Below are positions 22,583 to 35,349 of a stretch of 36,740 nt of DNA, one piece after another. The DNA lies in contig NC_068982.1 in NCBI RefSeq assembly GCF_001194135.2, positions 182,954,498 to 182,991,237 of the forward strand, in the 5' to 3' direction. The notes under the pieces were generated by a model, which saw only the letters and a program-made list of their open reading frames with translations, did no database searches and was not told the DNA's origin. Both the position numbers and the translations under genes were made by a program. Source of the DNA: Octopus bimaculoides. Lineage: Eukaryota. Position 1 is the first letter of the stretch. Each line of letters starts with the position of its first letter.

Positions 22583-23455
22583 CAGGGTGCGGTAAATAAA
22601 CTGTCGTCTAAATTATGCAAAAATAAAAATAACACTGACATCTCATTTTAACAGTTATATTAACTAAAATTACATTAAAATATCTTGAAATACTAAAGAG
22701 TAAATATATTCAATAAAATCACCATTGGCTTCAACCCCAGTCACCAGACCACTTCGGACTCTCCTGCAACTCTTCTGGACGGTTTCCTTGTTTAAAAGTT
22801 GGTGAATGCTGCCATAATCCTTGCCTTCAGTTCATCTTTGGTGTTACAAGGAGTTTTGTTGATCCCTCGCTCAACTGCACCCCACACATAATAATCAAGG
22901 GGGTTGCAGTCTGGGGAGTTAAGTGGCCAGATGTTAAGGGTGATGTAGTCGCAGGAATTGTCTGACAGTCATGACTGGGTTCTCCTGCTTGTGTGACATG
23001 GTGCAGAGCCCTAATGCCAGACATAAAATCTTCCAGCAGCCATCCTCTTGACCCAGGGCAGTATACCTCCACCAGGCATTTGATGTAGGCCTCCGTGTCG
23101 AGTCTGAGGCCGTATGGGAAGATGAATGGAGGCATAGTGTCGCCATCACTTTGATCACTGCAAACACCATGATGTTGACTGGATGTTTGATTTTTATCAC
23201 TCTCGGTACATGTCCTCAGATTGACACCCAAACACTCTGAAATGTTCGTATTAGAGCTTCCGGCGCGAATGCCAAGCAGTACAGCATGTCGTTTCCAAAT
23301 TTCTGACAGAATGAGTTGCGCCATGATGCTGTGTTTTTTTCACAGATGGTGTCCAACTGACCTTACTTTACTGAGTAGTCGACAATCAAAAACAAACAAT
23401 GCGCATGTGCGAAATTAAAAATGTAAAACGGCGACAATTTACCCATCGCACCCTG
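22583..23455 (-). mobile_element. Internally deleted Tc1/mariner element, DD37D (maT) type
   Basis: 26-bp imperfect TIRs cagggtgcggtaaataaactgtcgtc (22583-22608) and, on the minus strand, cagggtgcgatgggtaaattgtcgcc (23430-23455), 20/26 identical. The transposase starts MAQLILSE at 23324, jumps at ~23212 to IKHPVNIMVFAVI..DGDTMPPFIF, then W(H*G)SAPCH...WPLNSPDCNPLDYYVWGAVE. There are 37 residues between the (mutated) second and third Asp. The expected flanking TA reads AA/TG. Confidence 0.88.
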
Positions 23456-23778
23456 TGTATGCATATATACATATACATTTATATGTATTCACTCACACAC
23501 CTATATATAGAGAGAGGGAGGAGGGAGAGAGATAGAGTAATATGCCCACCTCTGGTGACCCACCAACTGAAGGGTATTAACGTAGGGTCAAAATACCCAA
23601 TGATCGATGGATACCATCTGATGACATTAGTTCCTCTTGACCAATGCACCATTCACTTTGATGAGTGGAAAGAAGCGCCTTTTTTATAGGTGTTATCAAT
23701 ATATATATATACGATACATTTTGCTGAAAGTAAATACATATACGTGTATGTATGTATGTATGTATGTATGTATGTGAA

Positions 23779-24153
23779 AACGCAATGGCCCAGTGGTTAG
23801 GGTAGCGGACTCGCTGTCATAGGATCGCGGTTTCGATTCCCAGACCGGGCGTTGTGAGTGTTTATTGAGCGAAAACACCTAAAGCACCACGAGGCTCCGG
23901 CAGGGGATGGTGGCGACCCTTTCACCACAACTTTTTCTCACTCTTTCTTCCTGTTTCTCTTGTCCCTGTATTTCAAAGGGCCAGCCTTGTCATGCTGTAT
24001 CACGCTGAATATCCCCGAGAATTACGTTAAGGGTATACATGTCTGTGGAGTGCTCAGCCATTTGCACGTTAATTTCACGAGCAGGCTGTTCCGTTGATCG
24101 GATCAACTGGAACCCTCGACGTCGTAAGTGACGGAGTGCGAACAACAAACAAC
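23779..24153 (+). mobile_element. SINE family A (A1 variant) inserted next to (TATG)n
   Basis: cgcaatggcccagtggttaggg...ccgttgatcggatcaactggaaccctcgacgtcgtaagtgacggagtgcgaacaac; small internal deletion relative to the other A1 copies. Confidence 0.92.
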
Positions 24154-24263
24154 ACGCATGTATCTATATGTATGTATATCTGGATGTATAGAACTGTCTA
24201 GGAATATATTTTTGCGTCACCATTTATATTTATGGATGTTTTTATACAACATCTTTTATAAAT

Positions 24264-24299
<36 letters not shown>

Positions 24300-24546
24300 T
24301 CCTCCATATTTTGTTTTTTTTATTACACATTCGAATTAAAGAGATTTTAGCCAACTTCTATTCTGCAGAATTACTTCTGGAAATATTTTGGAAGCTGAAT
24401 CTCTAAGGCTTTGACTTTCTGAGTACTAACATGGCGTTCACCTATACTACGCTTATACTAGCATATTCTCGCCCATTGGATGTATGTGTGTGTATGTGTA
24501 CGTGTGTGTATGCCGCATATATATATATAAATATATACATATATAT

Positions 24547-24839
24547 TTTCTTTTTTCTTTTCTTGCCTTTAACCCTCCATCGCGAAATATAGGCCACTTA
24601 TAATTGAATTCCATGTCGCATAATTTTTCACTTCTCTACTTATACTCTGCCATGAATGTCCCCCTTTCTCTAGTTACTTTTGTGTTGATCTACACCACGA
24701 GTTCTTAGGCCTACCCCTCTTTCTGTATCTATCCGGATTCCACTGTAAAGCACTTTTTCTTAAATATTTTCTCCCTAATCGAAACTCGATTCGTCCTTTG
24801 CCATAGCCCCATATTGCTTATATGTTCGGGCCATCTAAT
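24547..24839 (-). mobile_element. RTE-clade LINE, 5'-truncated 3' fragment
   Basis: Minus strand IRWPEHISNMGLWQRTN.../SALQWNPDRYRKRGRPKNSWCRS.../W..I...V.N...WNSIISGLYFAMEG* (stop 24569-24571). This matches the RTE C-terminus (IxWPxxISN, ALxWNP.G.RKRGRP.NTW). An A-rich tail follows. Confidence 0.8.
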
Positions 24840-24871
24840 TTTAAGTATATATATATATATATACGTACCGT

Positions 24872-24912
<41 letters not shown>

Positions 24913-25284
24913 GAGATAGATAGATAGATAGATATAGATGAAGATGCAAGGTCCAGTGATCAGAGCGTCATATTTTCATCATGGTTCCAACAGATCAAGG
25001 TTTAGTAATATATAAAGTAGCTTCAAACACCAAGAGAGCAGTCTCCTGAGGATCGAGAATGAGAAACTCCGGATAGTGTTGAATGAATATTATATATATA
25101 TGTGCTGGTGTTTGTATATTATCGGATGTCTACATACAACGTGTGTTCTACTGGTTTATGAATGTATATATCGGTGTAAAGATTACCGAGCATTTGTGAT
25201 TTGAATCCATAAGCTAATTTCATACACACATAAAAAAATTTACTCAGAAACACAGGCATCGCTGTACAGAGAAAGAGGGGGGAA

Positions 25285-25373
25285 AGGGAGAGAGAGACAG
25301 ACAGAGAAAGACAGACAGAGAGAGACAGATAGACAGACAGGCTGGTAGGTAGGTAAGTAGTTAGGTAGGTAGG

Positions 25374-25437
<64 letters not shown>
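25285..25437. repeat. Compound (AG)/(AGAC)/(AGGT)/(AGAT)n array
   Basis: Directly visible. Confidence 0.92.
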
Positions 25438-27254
25438 CATGTAGAGAAGGAAATAATTAATATTGATATAGCATAAGGTGCCCGCGTTTTTAGGTAGTTT
25501 ATTACAAACACCATGAATTTGATCAGACGGGTCAACTTAAATAAAACTTCTCGGGAGGAAAGTTAATGGAAGCTAAACGCATAATTTCCGATACGGAAAG
25601 CTTACAGTAAGTGGATTACTGAAGTAGCTAGTTAAGCGTGAATTGATGGAAGCTATTATAGATAATAAATAATGCTGGGTAGGCATGAAAGGAAAAATTA
25701 GATTGGAATCGCTTAGAACTGACGTTAGAAAATACGAAATTAGAGAAGAGTTAGGTGATGTGTGTGGTTATTCAATCAGACCGAACAGTTTAGGAGAGAG
25801 GGGAGTGTCCAACGAGAGATGGCGGAATTTCAAGTTACTTTGACTGTTTGCTACAATTCCAAATAGTGGCAATAATGTGATGTGAATGATCTATAACAGC
25901 AGCTGAAATACAGGACTTAATGAGAGGCTGTGCGTGGAGAAAAATTGCTGGAACTGAATAGTTAACTACATGAAATCTTTTAGTTTCTGAGCAAATATTT
26001 AACGCAATTGGCTGTAAACTAAGAGTATCGTCCGTGTGTGCTGGGAAGTAACCAGACTGTCGTTGTAAAATTCGTCCAAAAGAATCAAGGACTATAATCT
26101 TTCTATGCCGTAATTTGGTTAGATGCAGAGTTGAAGATTTTTTTGGTCTTTTTTGGTCTAGTTGTCTTGACAACATTATAAGATAATATTGTAAAGCCCA
26201 TACAATGAGAATAATTCAGATGGCTATACGTGACGGCTTCTATCTCCTGCGATCTATCATAGAGTGGGTTTGGTGAGTTCCTATCAACTCAGATAGGCTG
26301 GATGTGTTCGACTTAGTTTAACATCGACGCCTGGCATGTGTCCTAAGCGCAATTAAGACCTGTCTTTAGAAGCAGGAACTTTGTGATGCACAATGACATC
26401 AGCGCAAGTTATAGATGGACGTTCTGAAAACTACTTGGTGAAGACTGAATGCTTGTATTGTTTAGCTCCAGATCAACCCTGGTATAGCAGGTCCATGACA
26501 AACAGCATCCAGTTGTAACTATACCATCTTTTTAGATGAGTCAGTGATAGTTAATGGACGCTTTCGTGCTGGTGTGATTAAGAAGTTAAGAACTACGATT
26601 TTAATCCCACTGCAGTTGGCCAAGTATCATATATCATATCCTTGGGACGACCAGAGCCCAGTGATTAAAATTAGTTGTCGGAGAGACCGTTATTGTGTTC
26701 TCGGGTGGTAAGCTTAATAGGCCGCCATATTTCACAGCACTGTCTGGCTCCTGCATGCTTTTATCAGTCTACTTTGTTGTAGGTATTCGAGTTAGGTCTC
26801 TGAGAAGAAGACAGCTTATCTCCTTCCTCCTACCACTCTTGGATTCCCCCGAAAAGGGCAATAAGCACTCCCTTACACTTTTCCCGCTCTTGAGTAAATC
26901 ATTAAAAACTGACTTCTATTTGTTATTTAAAAGAACACAAAATTATTTTAGGTAGATTAGGCTGTTACTTCTCTCAAACCAAGCAACCACATAGAAACCC
27001 GCTGGCTGGCTGATAAAGAAGGTTCAATGTAAAGTATGAGAAAGAAAGAGAGAGAGCGACAAACATGCCATAAATCAACGTGCACAAGATGAGGAGATAT
27101 CTGATGACGTTATAGAAACTACTGGAAGCTACATCTACAGATAACAGCAGCAAAGAAGACAGAGAATTATGACTGAGTCGCTTCAATAGACATTATATCA
27201 AAACATGGTGGCAGTAAAAACAGCTGCTTTGAGGGAGAAATTTGAGAAGAAACT

Positions 27255-27347
27255 TGTAGTGGTGCTAGTGGTGACGTTGATATCGTTACTGGTGGCAGTG
27301 CTGCAGTTACTACTACTACTGATGATGATGATGATGATGACGATGAC

Positions 27348-27415
<68 letters not shown>

Positions 27416-28324
27416 TGATGATGATGATGACGATGATGACGATGATGATGATGATGATGTCGGTGGTGCTGCAGGTCGTCGTTATCATTACTGAGCCTAT
27501 NNNNNNNNNNNNNNNNNNNNNNNNNNNNNNNNNNNNNNNNNNNNNNNNNNNNNNNNNNNNNNNNNNNNNNNNNNNNNNNNNNNNNNNNNNNNNNNNNNNN
27601 NNNNNNNNNNNNNNNNNNNNNNNNNNNNNNNNNNNNNNNNNNNNNNNNNNNNNNNNNNNNNNNNNNNNNNNNNNNNNNNNNNNNNNNNNNNNNNNNNNNN
27701 NNNNNNNNNNNNNNNNNNNNNNNNNNNNNNNNNNNNNNNNNNNNNNNNNNNNNNNNNNNNNNNNNNNNNNNNNNNNNNNNNNNNNNNNNNNNNNNNNNNN
27801 NNNNNNNNNNNNNNNNNNNNNNNNNNNNNNNNNNNNNNNNNNNNNNNNNNNNNNNNNNNNNNNNNNNNNNNNNNNNNNNNNNNNNNNNGAGGTAGTGATG
27901 TGATGGGTGGTGTGGGCCGTGATGGTAGTGGGGACGTGGGAGGATTATGGGCGGTGTGTGTGTGGGGGGGGGGTGCTACCTGTGGCAGTGCTGTTGGAAC
28001 TGGCTGAGATGGTAACGATGATGGTGATGTTGCAGTGATGAAAAAAAAACAAAGAAAAGATGTTAGTTCTGTTTTGTTGGCTGTTGTGATGATGATACGT
28101 GTTGTGTCGTTATGGGTTTAGCAGCAGAATGAGTATGAAGCTGAATCTACGTGACAGAACCATAGTAACGGTAGGAAGGTATGAAAGGGACGGAAATTAA
28201 GGTGTGCCAAGATTACAAGAGTGTGCCTAGAAGTGATAGGGAAAGATAGGGAAAGGAAAGACGGAAAGATAGAGCTCCATATAGACACCACACTCTTCCC
28301 AAGAACCACGCTTTTAGACAAAAG

Positions 28325-28372
<48 letters not shown>

Positions 28373-30115
28373 GNNNNNNNNNNNNNNNNNNNNNNNNNNN
28401 NNNNNNNNNNNNNNNNNNNNNNNNNNNNNNNNNNNNNNNNNNNNNNNNNNNNNNNNNNNNNNNNNNNNNNNNNNNNNNNNNNNNNNNNNNNNNNNNNNNN
28501 NNNNNNNNNNNNNNNNNNNNNNNNNNNNNNNNNNNNNNNNNNNNNNNNNNNNNNNNNNNNNNNNNNNNNNNNNNNNNNNNNNNNNNNNNNNNNNNNNNNN
28601 NNNNNNNNNNNNNNNNNNNNNNNNNNNNNNNNNNNNNNNNNNNNNNNNNNNNNNNNNNNNNNNNNNNNNNNNNNNNNNNNNNNNNNNNNNNNNNNNNNNN
28701 NNNNNNNNNNNNNNNNNNNNNNNNNNNNNNNNNNNNNNNNNNNNNNNNNNNNNNNNNNNNNNNNNNNNNNNNNNNNNNNNNNNNNNNNNNNNNNNNNNNN
28801 NNNNNNNNNNNNNNNNNNNNNNNNNNNNNNNNNNNNNNNNNNNNNNNNNNNNNNNNNNNNNNNNNNNNNNNNNNNNNNNNNNNNNNNNNNNNNNNNNNNN
28901 NNNNNNNNNNNNNNNNNNNNNNNNNNNNNNNNNNNNNNNNNNNNNNNNNNNNNNNNNNNNNNNNNNNNNNNNNNNNNNNNNNNNNNNNNNNNNNNNNNNN
29001 NNNNNNNNNNNNNNNNNNNNNNNNNNNNNNNNNNNNNNNNNNNNNNNNNNNNNNNNNNNNNNNNNNNNNNNNNNNNNNNNNNNNNNNNNNNNNNNNNNNN
29101 NNNNNNNNNNNNNNNNNNNNNNNNNNNNNNNNNNNNNNNNNNNNNNNNNNNNNNNNNNNNNNNNNNNNNNNNNNNNNNNNNNNNNNNNNNNNNNNNNNNG
29201 GTGGTGGTGGTGGTGGTGGCGGTGAGCTTGGTGTGGTTGACACAGTTGATATCTTTCGACGTGGTTGTGTTTATTGTGGTTATTGTTGAGGGTGAATGTG
29301 GTTACCGTCATTGAATTAGATGTGGTTTCATGTGATTCATGTGATTCATGTGAATGGACGTAGTTGGTGTTGATGATTGATGTGGCTGAAGTGGTTGGTA
29401 GATGTGATTCATATTGTTGATTGGTTGACTGATTGATTGACTGATTGACTGATTGACGTGGTTGTTGATCGTGATGTCGTTGAAGTGATTGATGTTGGTA
29501 TGGCCGACCAGTAGTTGATGTTAATTTGTTTGTTGTGTTTGATGCTGATGTTGTTGATGCGGTTGATGTTGATACGATTAACGTAGCTGAAAAAGTATTT
29601 GGTGTCAACGTGTTTGATGTGATTGATGTTTTTGAAGTGGTTGATGTTAACACGGCTGACGAGATAGAGGAAATGGTTGACGTTAATGTTTTTGATGTCG
29701 CTGATGTGTTTGATGTTGATATGGTTGACGTGGTATAAAAAAAAAAAACTAGTTGGTGTCGATGTGTTTGATGTTGTTGATGTTCTGACTGATTTGGTCG
29801 ATGTTAATATGAATATGACTGTAGTTAATGTTGTTTCTGTTGTTGATACGCTCTGTATAAACCGTGTCATGATATGGTTAAGGTGGTTAATTTTTACCTT
29901 TTGATGTTTATACAGCCGTTGTGCTCTAGCAATTAATGTGATTGATGTTGCTGTGGTTGGTATGGTTGATATGATTAATTTTGATGTGGTCAATTTTGAC
30001 ATTGTTGTTAAGATAATGATGTGGATGTTGACAAGGCTGATGAGGTTGATGAAGTTGATGTGATTGATGTGAATGATGTTGTGAGGTATTTGAAGTTGAT
30101 GTAGTTGCTGTAGTT
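27255..30115. repeat. Strand-biased G/T-rich triplet low-complexity domain, (GAT/GAC/GTT/GGT)n, with two large gaps
   Basis: Pure arrays at 27306-27460, 28326-28373 and 29200-29218; degenerate GTT/GAT periodicity at 29240-30115; gaps at 27501-27888 and 28374-29199. Confidence 0.85.
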
Positions 30116-30869
30116 CAGTTCGAGTTTTAAGTCAACATCTGTCTAAAAGCATGGATAGGAGAAAATTCTAGACTCCAGAAGAAAGGATTTGGTAAATGTT
30201 CAATTCGAGATTTTGGGGATGAAAACTAATTCTTGAAGGGTAACACTTGAAGAACAGGATAAGTTTACGGAGACGTTGTTGTTCACAGAATCAGAAACCA
30301 TTATAGTATTTATTAAAATATGATAGTTGGGGGGAAAACAACACATCTGTAAAGCAGGGATTCGTACCTGGTGATGAGTGACTTTTTGTCAGTCAGCTAA
30401 GTGACATTGTTTGGGAGGATTATGTGCTTATCAGTAGGTTGAACTTCAGCTCTTTAGAGAGGCAAAGACTGATGAGAAACCAAATATTTTCCAAGAAAAT
30501 GTCTCGTTTCTGTTCAGTTTTTATAATTCCGATATGACAACATTATATGTGTGAAGTCTCTATTAGAGATTGTCAGAGATTGGGACGGAGCATTTATGAG
30601 GTTTTTGTTGGGTAACAGTTCTTGTTGCATGACGTTCATGTCTGCTGATTGTATAATTGTGTAGTAAATGGAACTATATAAACAAATCCTTATTTAGAGA
30701 TGCTTTCAAAGTATCTAATGATGAAAGCAAGGTAGATTTGAAATAAAGACCGGTGTAGACGGAAGAAAGTGAGAGGAAAAGAATTTTAAACGAGTGATGT
30801 AGAACATAAAGGAATAAGAAAGAGGGGAAGATATTGTGAGTAGATATATTATTGTAGTGATTATTAATA

Positions 30870-32665
30870 TTTTATGAGTAGATAAGCTATTGAAGTGGTG
30901 CATCAGAAGTTTTGAGCGGATAAGGCATTGATAGATCACAACATGGCTTCCAAATGTGTTTCGTTGTGTTTATGTTCCAATTTTCTGTTACAGGTCATAC
31001 AATTGACTAATAACTCAATACAGAGACTCATGTGTATCTCATCTGTTAAGTTTTACAGAAAAGGAAGTCGATTCAACTCACTGCTTTGTAGAATAAACAA
31101 TTGTTATACACAATTAAACTTGGGGATATCAGTTTACATATAAATAACATGTAGGAATAATTTCAAAACAAAAATGATATAAACGCATGTGGACAGTAAT
31201 TTTCTTTGTTATTTGACATGAATAAATGTTACAAATGAACGGAGAAAAAATGCTATTCCTACCTTTATTTGAACCTTCTTTAGATGTGTTTATAATCTTT
31301 GTATCATACAGTGTTTAGTCGATCAGGTACTGAGAACAGATTGTGTCATTTTTAGGTGCTTGTCATGTCTAAGTAGACAACAGAATTGTCAAGAAGAGTA
31401 AGTGTAGAAATTGAAGTTAACGCTGCTGTCGTTAATTTCGACTGACAGCTTACACTGTGTGAGATAGTTAAAATGCCCATGTGCTATTATATTTGCTACA
31501 GCGAACATTAACCTCCCAGGATTTACAGATTTCTAACTTTTCTACCTTTCTTGGCATTTCTGTTGCTTATTTAGTCACAGACGTGAATAAAAATGACAAG
31601 AATATCTCCAAGCTTTTATTAGATCCACTTTCAGCAGAACTTAAAGTAAATACGTTTTTTTCTCTCTCTTTCTCATTTCCATTAATCTACTAAGACATCT
31701 CCAAAAGTATTCTTTCCTATTTTTAATTTGTTGCACCAAAATGTTACTAAATCCATATTTACTGTTTTATCTAGAAATTCCACTTGTTTGGTCAACACCC
31801 AAACCACGAGCCAATGGAAGAGCAGCTTCGTTACTATTAACTTACTAGAAATAGCAGGCAAATGTCCTCCCATATCGTATCCTAGCATTATCAACTAACA
31901 TATCAGATAATGTAGTCCCACACAGAACTAGAAAGATGAGATGGCCTCTGCTGAATGCCATTAATTAAAAGTTTTCCTGATCAAGGATGACCTAAGGCTT
32001 AGCAACAACGCTAACCATATCCTATCCAGCGCATACATATCCATATAGATGATCAAACTACAAGAAATAGCAGTTAACTGTCCTTCAAGCTTACTCTATA
32101 TATAAGGCATACTGGAAGGATATGTCGGATAATAATTCCTAGAAACAACCTCAAAGAAAAAGACAAAATGACGACTGCTGAAACCGCATTCATCATTGAT
32201 TAACCCAATCTAGACTATACTTACACTAAAAAACATCAACAACATCAACAGCAACATCCGTCCTCAGTCAGAGCCCAACAACGACTAAACTTCAAAACAG
32301 AATGGAGAAACAGTATTGCTGCTACACACAGAGATACTCTAGATCCACAATAGATACTCAGAGATACTCTAGATCCACAATAGATACTCAGAGATACTCT
32401 AGATCCACATCGAGGTCAGTACTGCTGCTACATAACGCAGACATTCTAGACTATATCTCAAATAGTTTATTAGAAGTGGTCTCCATTTCTTTCGAGATAT
32501 TGGAAGTGAATGTAACAGGGTTATATCTGACAGTGTCAAAGAAGTTACCTATCTTGGGAATGGGACACACTGTAGGATGTCCCAGAGCTTAGGATCTGTT
32601 TTTGTGGAGAGTGATAGTTTGAGGAGCTTATTGAGGCAGAGACAAGCTCCAGAATACAACACAGT
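30870..32665 (-). mobile_element. Old LINE reverse-transcriptase relic (CR1/L2/Jockey group)
   Basis: Strongest at 32440-32665 (minus strand): CILELVSA/NKLLKLSLSTKTDPKLW/VCPIPKIGNFFDTVRYNPVTFTSNISKEME, like CAPELAP.L..LF...L....P..W....V.P.PK.G....P.NYRP..LTS.I.KV.E. Weaker matches follow (QQY ~32420, CIELLVNCM ~31010). The left boundary is uncertain. Confidence 0.55.
32329..32409. repeat. 30-bp minisatellite, 2.7 perfect copies
   Basis: Unit cagagatactctagatccacaatagatact, period 30. Confidence 0.95.
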
Positions 32666-33099
32666 ATTTGTAGGTAATGGAACCATGCCAAATCACTAAA
32701 AAATATCTGAACCAACATCTTAAAGAAAATAATTCAGTTGACTGGCAGATATTCTTGACCAACAACCTACAACTACTTACTTTACAAATTCTTGCATCTT
32801 TTAACATCTACCGCTACGACAACGGTCAATCTCTGCATAACACCCACGTTTTACCGAATATATTCGTCTTACTATCTAGATATTGCTCTAAAGTATTTGA
32901 ACGATCATTCCTACCCCCAACCGTAACACTCTGAAGTTCCAATTTCATTAATGTTGTTCATGTGGACGACCAACTAGAAATCTTCAAGATGAATTTCAAC
33001 TGCATTGATCTCAAAAGTTGTGATCACTGAATAATATTCAGGGGCAAATTGGTCGTTTCTTATACACATTAAACGGCCTCAAATTTGAGATGACGGTTT

Positions 33100-33175
33100 A
33101 AACACAGCAATGACGAAAGGCAGATTTGACCTCGGTAGATTTTGAGTTCAGAAGAGCCGTAACTAAAGGCCGCTA
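33100..33175 (-). mobile_element. SINE family C remnant
   Basis: atgacgaaaggcagatttgacctcggtagattttgagttcagaa resembles C-family atgaaaggcaaagtcgacctcggcggaatttgaactcagaa. Confidence 0.55.
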
Positions 33176-33653
33176 TATATTTATAGAGGTACTCTAACAA
33201 TTCCATTAATCCAACGCGATTCACAAGTAAATTAATAAAGTATGTATATGCAATAAAACATATTTCTACTGTGTTTGTCCAGTTTATCCCTAATCCTAAC
33301 TATATACATGTTTCATATATTTACCTTTGAATGGCGTTGGATCAGGTGTGGTTAGATAGTTTTAGACCGAGCGTGAATCAATGGATCAGTTGTTAGTAGA
33401 TAATGTTGAGGTCGATGGTAGTCGTGTGGATGATGGCAGAACTACTGATGTATAGACACCAAAATCTATCTATCCAATGAACTTTTTCACTCCCTCTCTA
33501 TCAATGCAGCCAACATCTCCATACTGCATCTATTTGTAAGTCAAGTCTGCATTTGTATACTGCATCTTTCTACACTAAACTTCTAAATACTGTATCTATC
33601 TATCTATCTATCTATGTATACAGTTAACTTCTATACACTGTATCTCTATAATT

Positions 33654-33690
<37 letters not shown>

Positions 33691-33754
33691 GTCAAATTCT
33701 GCACGTTATGTATTTATCCAGTCAACATCTACATGGTGTCGATTTATATTATTC

Positions 33755-33938
33755 AAGGCGGTGAGCTGGCAGAATCGTTAACACGTCTTTACGGCCTAAG
33801 TTCAAAATCCGTTGGGGTCCACATTGCTTTTCATCTTTCAGGGTTGATGAAATGAGTACCAGTTGAACACTGGGGTGGATATGATCAACTTAGCCTCTCC
33901 ACCAAACCTGCGCCCTTGTGCCAAAATTTGAAGCCAAT
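33755..33938 (+). mobile_element. SINE family C (C1a) with internal deletion
   Basis: ggcggtgagctggcagaatcgttaacacg[deletion]tctttacg...gagtaccagttgaacactgggg...cttgtgccaaaatttgaagcc. Confidence 0.85.
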
Positions 33939-33957
33939 CTTATACATAGTGTAATAT

Positions 33958-34360
33958 GGCGGCGAGCTGGCAGAAACGTTAGCACGCCGGGCAAAATGCT
34001 TAGCGGTATTTCGTCTGCCGTTACGTTCTGAGTTCAAATTCCACCGAGGTCGACTTTGCCTTTCACCCTTTTGGGGTCGATAAATAAAGTACCAGTTACG
34101 CACTGGGGTCGATGTAATCGACTTAATCCCTTTGTCTGTCCTTGTTTGTCCCCTCTATGTTTAGCCCCTTGTGGGCAATAAACAAATAAGAATCGTTACC
34201 GCGCTGGAATAAATGCGTTCAGCGTTCAAATGCCGTCGAGTTCGACTTTGCCTTTCATCCTTTCGGGTCAATAAAGTAAGTACCGGTTGAACACTGGGTG
34301 GATGTAATCGACTTACACCCTATCCCGAAAGTACTGGCCTTGCACCAAAATTTCAAACCA
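33958..34360 (+). mobile_element. Composite C-family SINE: C2 copy (33958-34188) joined to a head-less C1a copy (34189-34360)
   Basis: C2 tail ...gtgggcaataaacaaata is followed directly by agaatcgttaccgcg; the right monomer ends ggccttgcaccaaaatttcaaacc. Confidence 0.9.
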
Positions 34361-35100
34361 ATATTACACATTGTGTCTACTTAGTCAACAACTATACAGT
34401 GTAGTTATATATCAAACTATTCAGCTATCCAGTCAATAACAATATACTGTATGTCGTGTCACCGGTTCACATCTGTCTATCTAGTCAGCATCTACACAAT
34501 CTGTCTATCAATCCTGTCAAAACTCTCAGACAGTTTCAATCAGTTCCGTTAACTGGTGCAGACGTAACAATAGAACATGTTATAGCCATTTATTAATGGA
34601 GAGTTAATCGATGGTTCGACTCGTATCGACGTTAAAATCGAACAGGTGTTATATTTTTTTTTCTCAGTACATTTGTAACGTACTTAGTGTTTCGCATCAA
34701 CTAGTAATTGAACATACGTCTCGTGTGTTCATTTTACCAAGTAGCTTACCGCTCGGCCGGCCATAATTAAAGAAATATCATAAAATATTTATATAGCATC
34801 TTTAATGTTTTCTTCTGTTGATTTTCGTACGTAATTTTTTTATCATTTATTCTCTCTTTATTTCTGCCTTATTCTTGCCTCGTGTTTATTTATACACATA
34901 TATTTATATACATATACACACCTACAAAGATTTATATATTTCTAATCAATTTTGTTATTTCGGTATATTTTTGCTTACCACACATTCAGCAAGACAAGGA
35001 TTCATTCCAAAGTGTTCAAAATATATGGGTTCTTTTTTTCTTCCTTTTTCTTCTTCATTATGAGACATTTTAAACATAATTGCAAACAAGTTTCAAAATA

Positions 35101-35136
<36 letters not shown>

Positions 35137-35349
35137 GTTTTATATTATGTTCGGTGTCTCTGTCTGTATATATCATTTGTGGACAAATATAGCTATGATG
35201 CATAGCTACTTAATAGATTCATTCATATATGTAATACGCGGCACATATATGCATATGTGTGATGCCGAATATGTGAATATCAATTAACACACAGAACATA
35301 TGTGTATTTACGTGTGATCGGGCAGATTATGACTTTCGTCTGTGACTAA

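Noticed and set aside
24575-24605. RTE 3' end (tggcctatattt) as donor of the C1 SINE tail (tggccttgtgcc)
   Set aside because: Only about 6 matching bases; too weak to assign a LINE-SINE partnership.
28118-29653. 511-aa and overlapping 334/309-aa ORFs
   Set aside because: More than half is N-gap and the rest is triplet low-complexity sequence, so they are not supportable as CDS.
30420-32940. Plus-strand LINE-like peptides (SLERQRL ~30460; LIKDDLRLSNN ~31980; FERSFLPPTVTL ~32900)
   Set aside because: Isolated short matches that partly overlap the better-supported minus-strand RT relic; they could be chance.
34667-34765. Strong-looking acceptor (T10-ctcag) followed by a short, relatively CpG-rich open frame
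   Set aside because: No convincing donor or homology; poly-T tracts are common here. It would need RNA-seq support.
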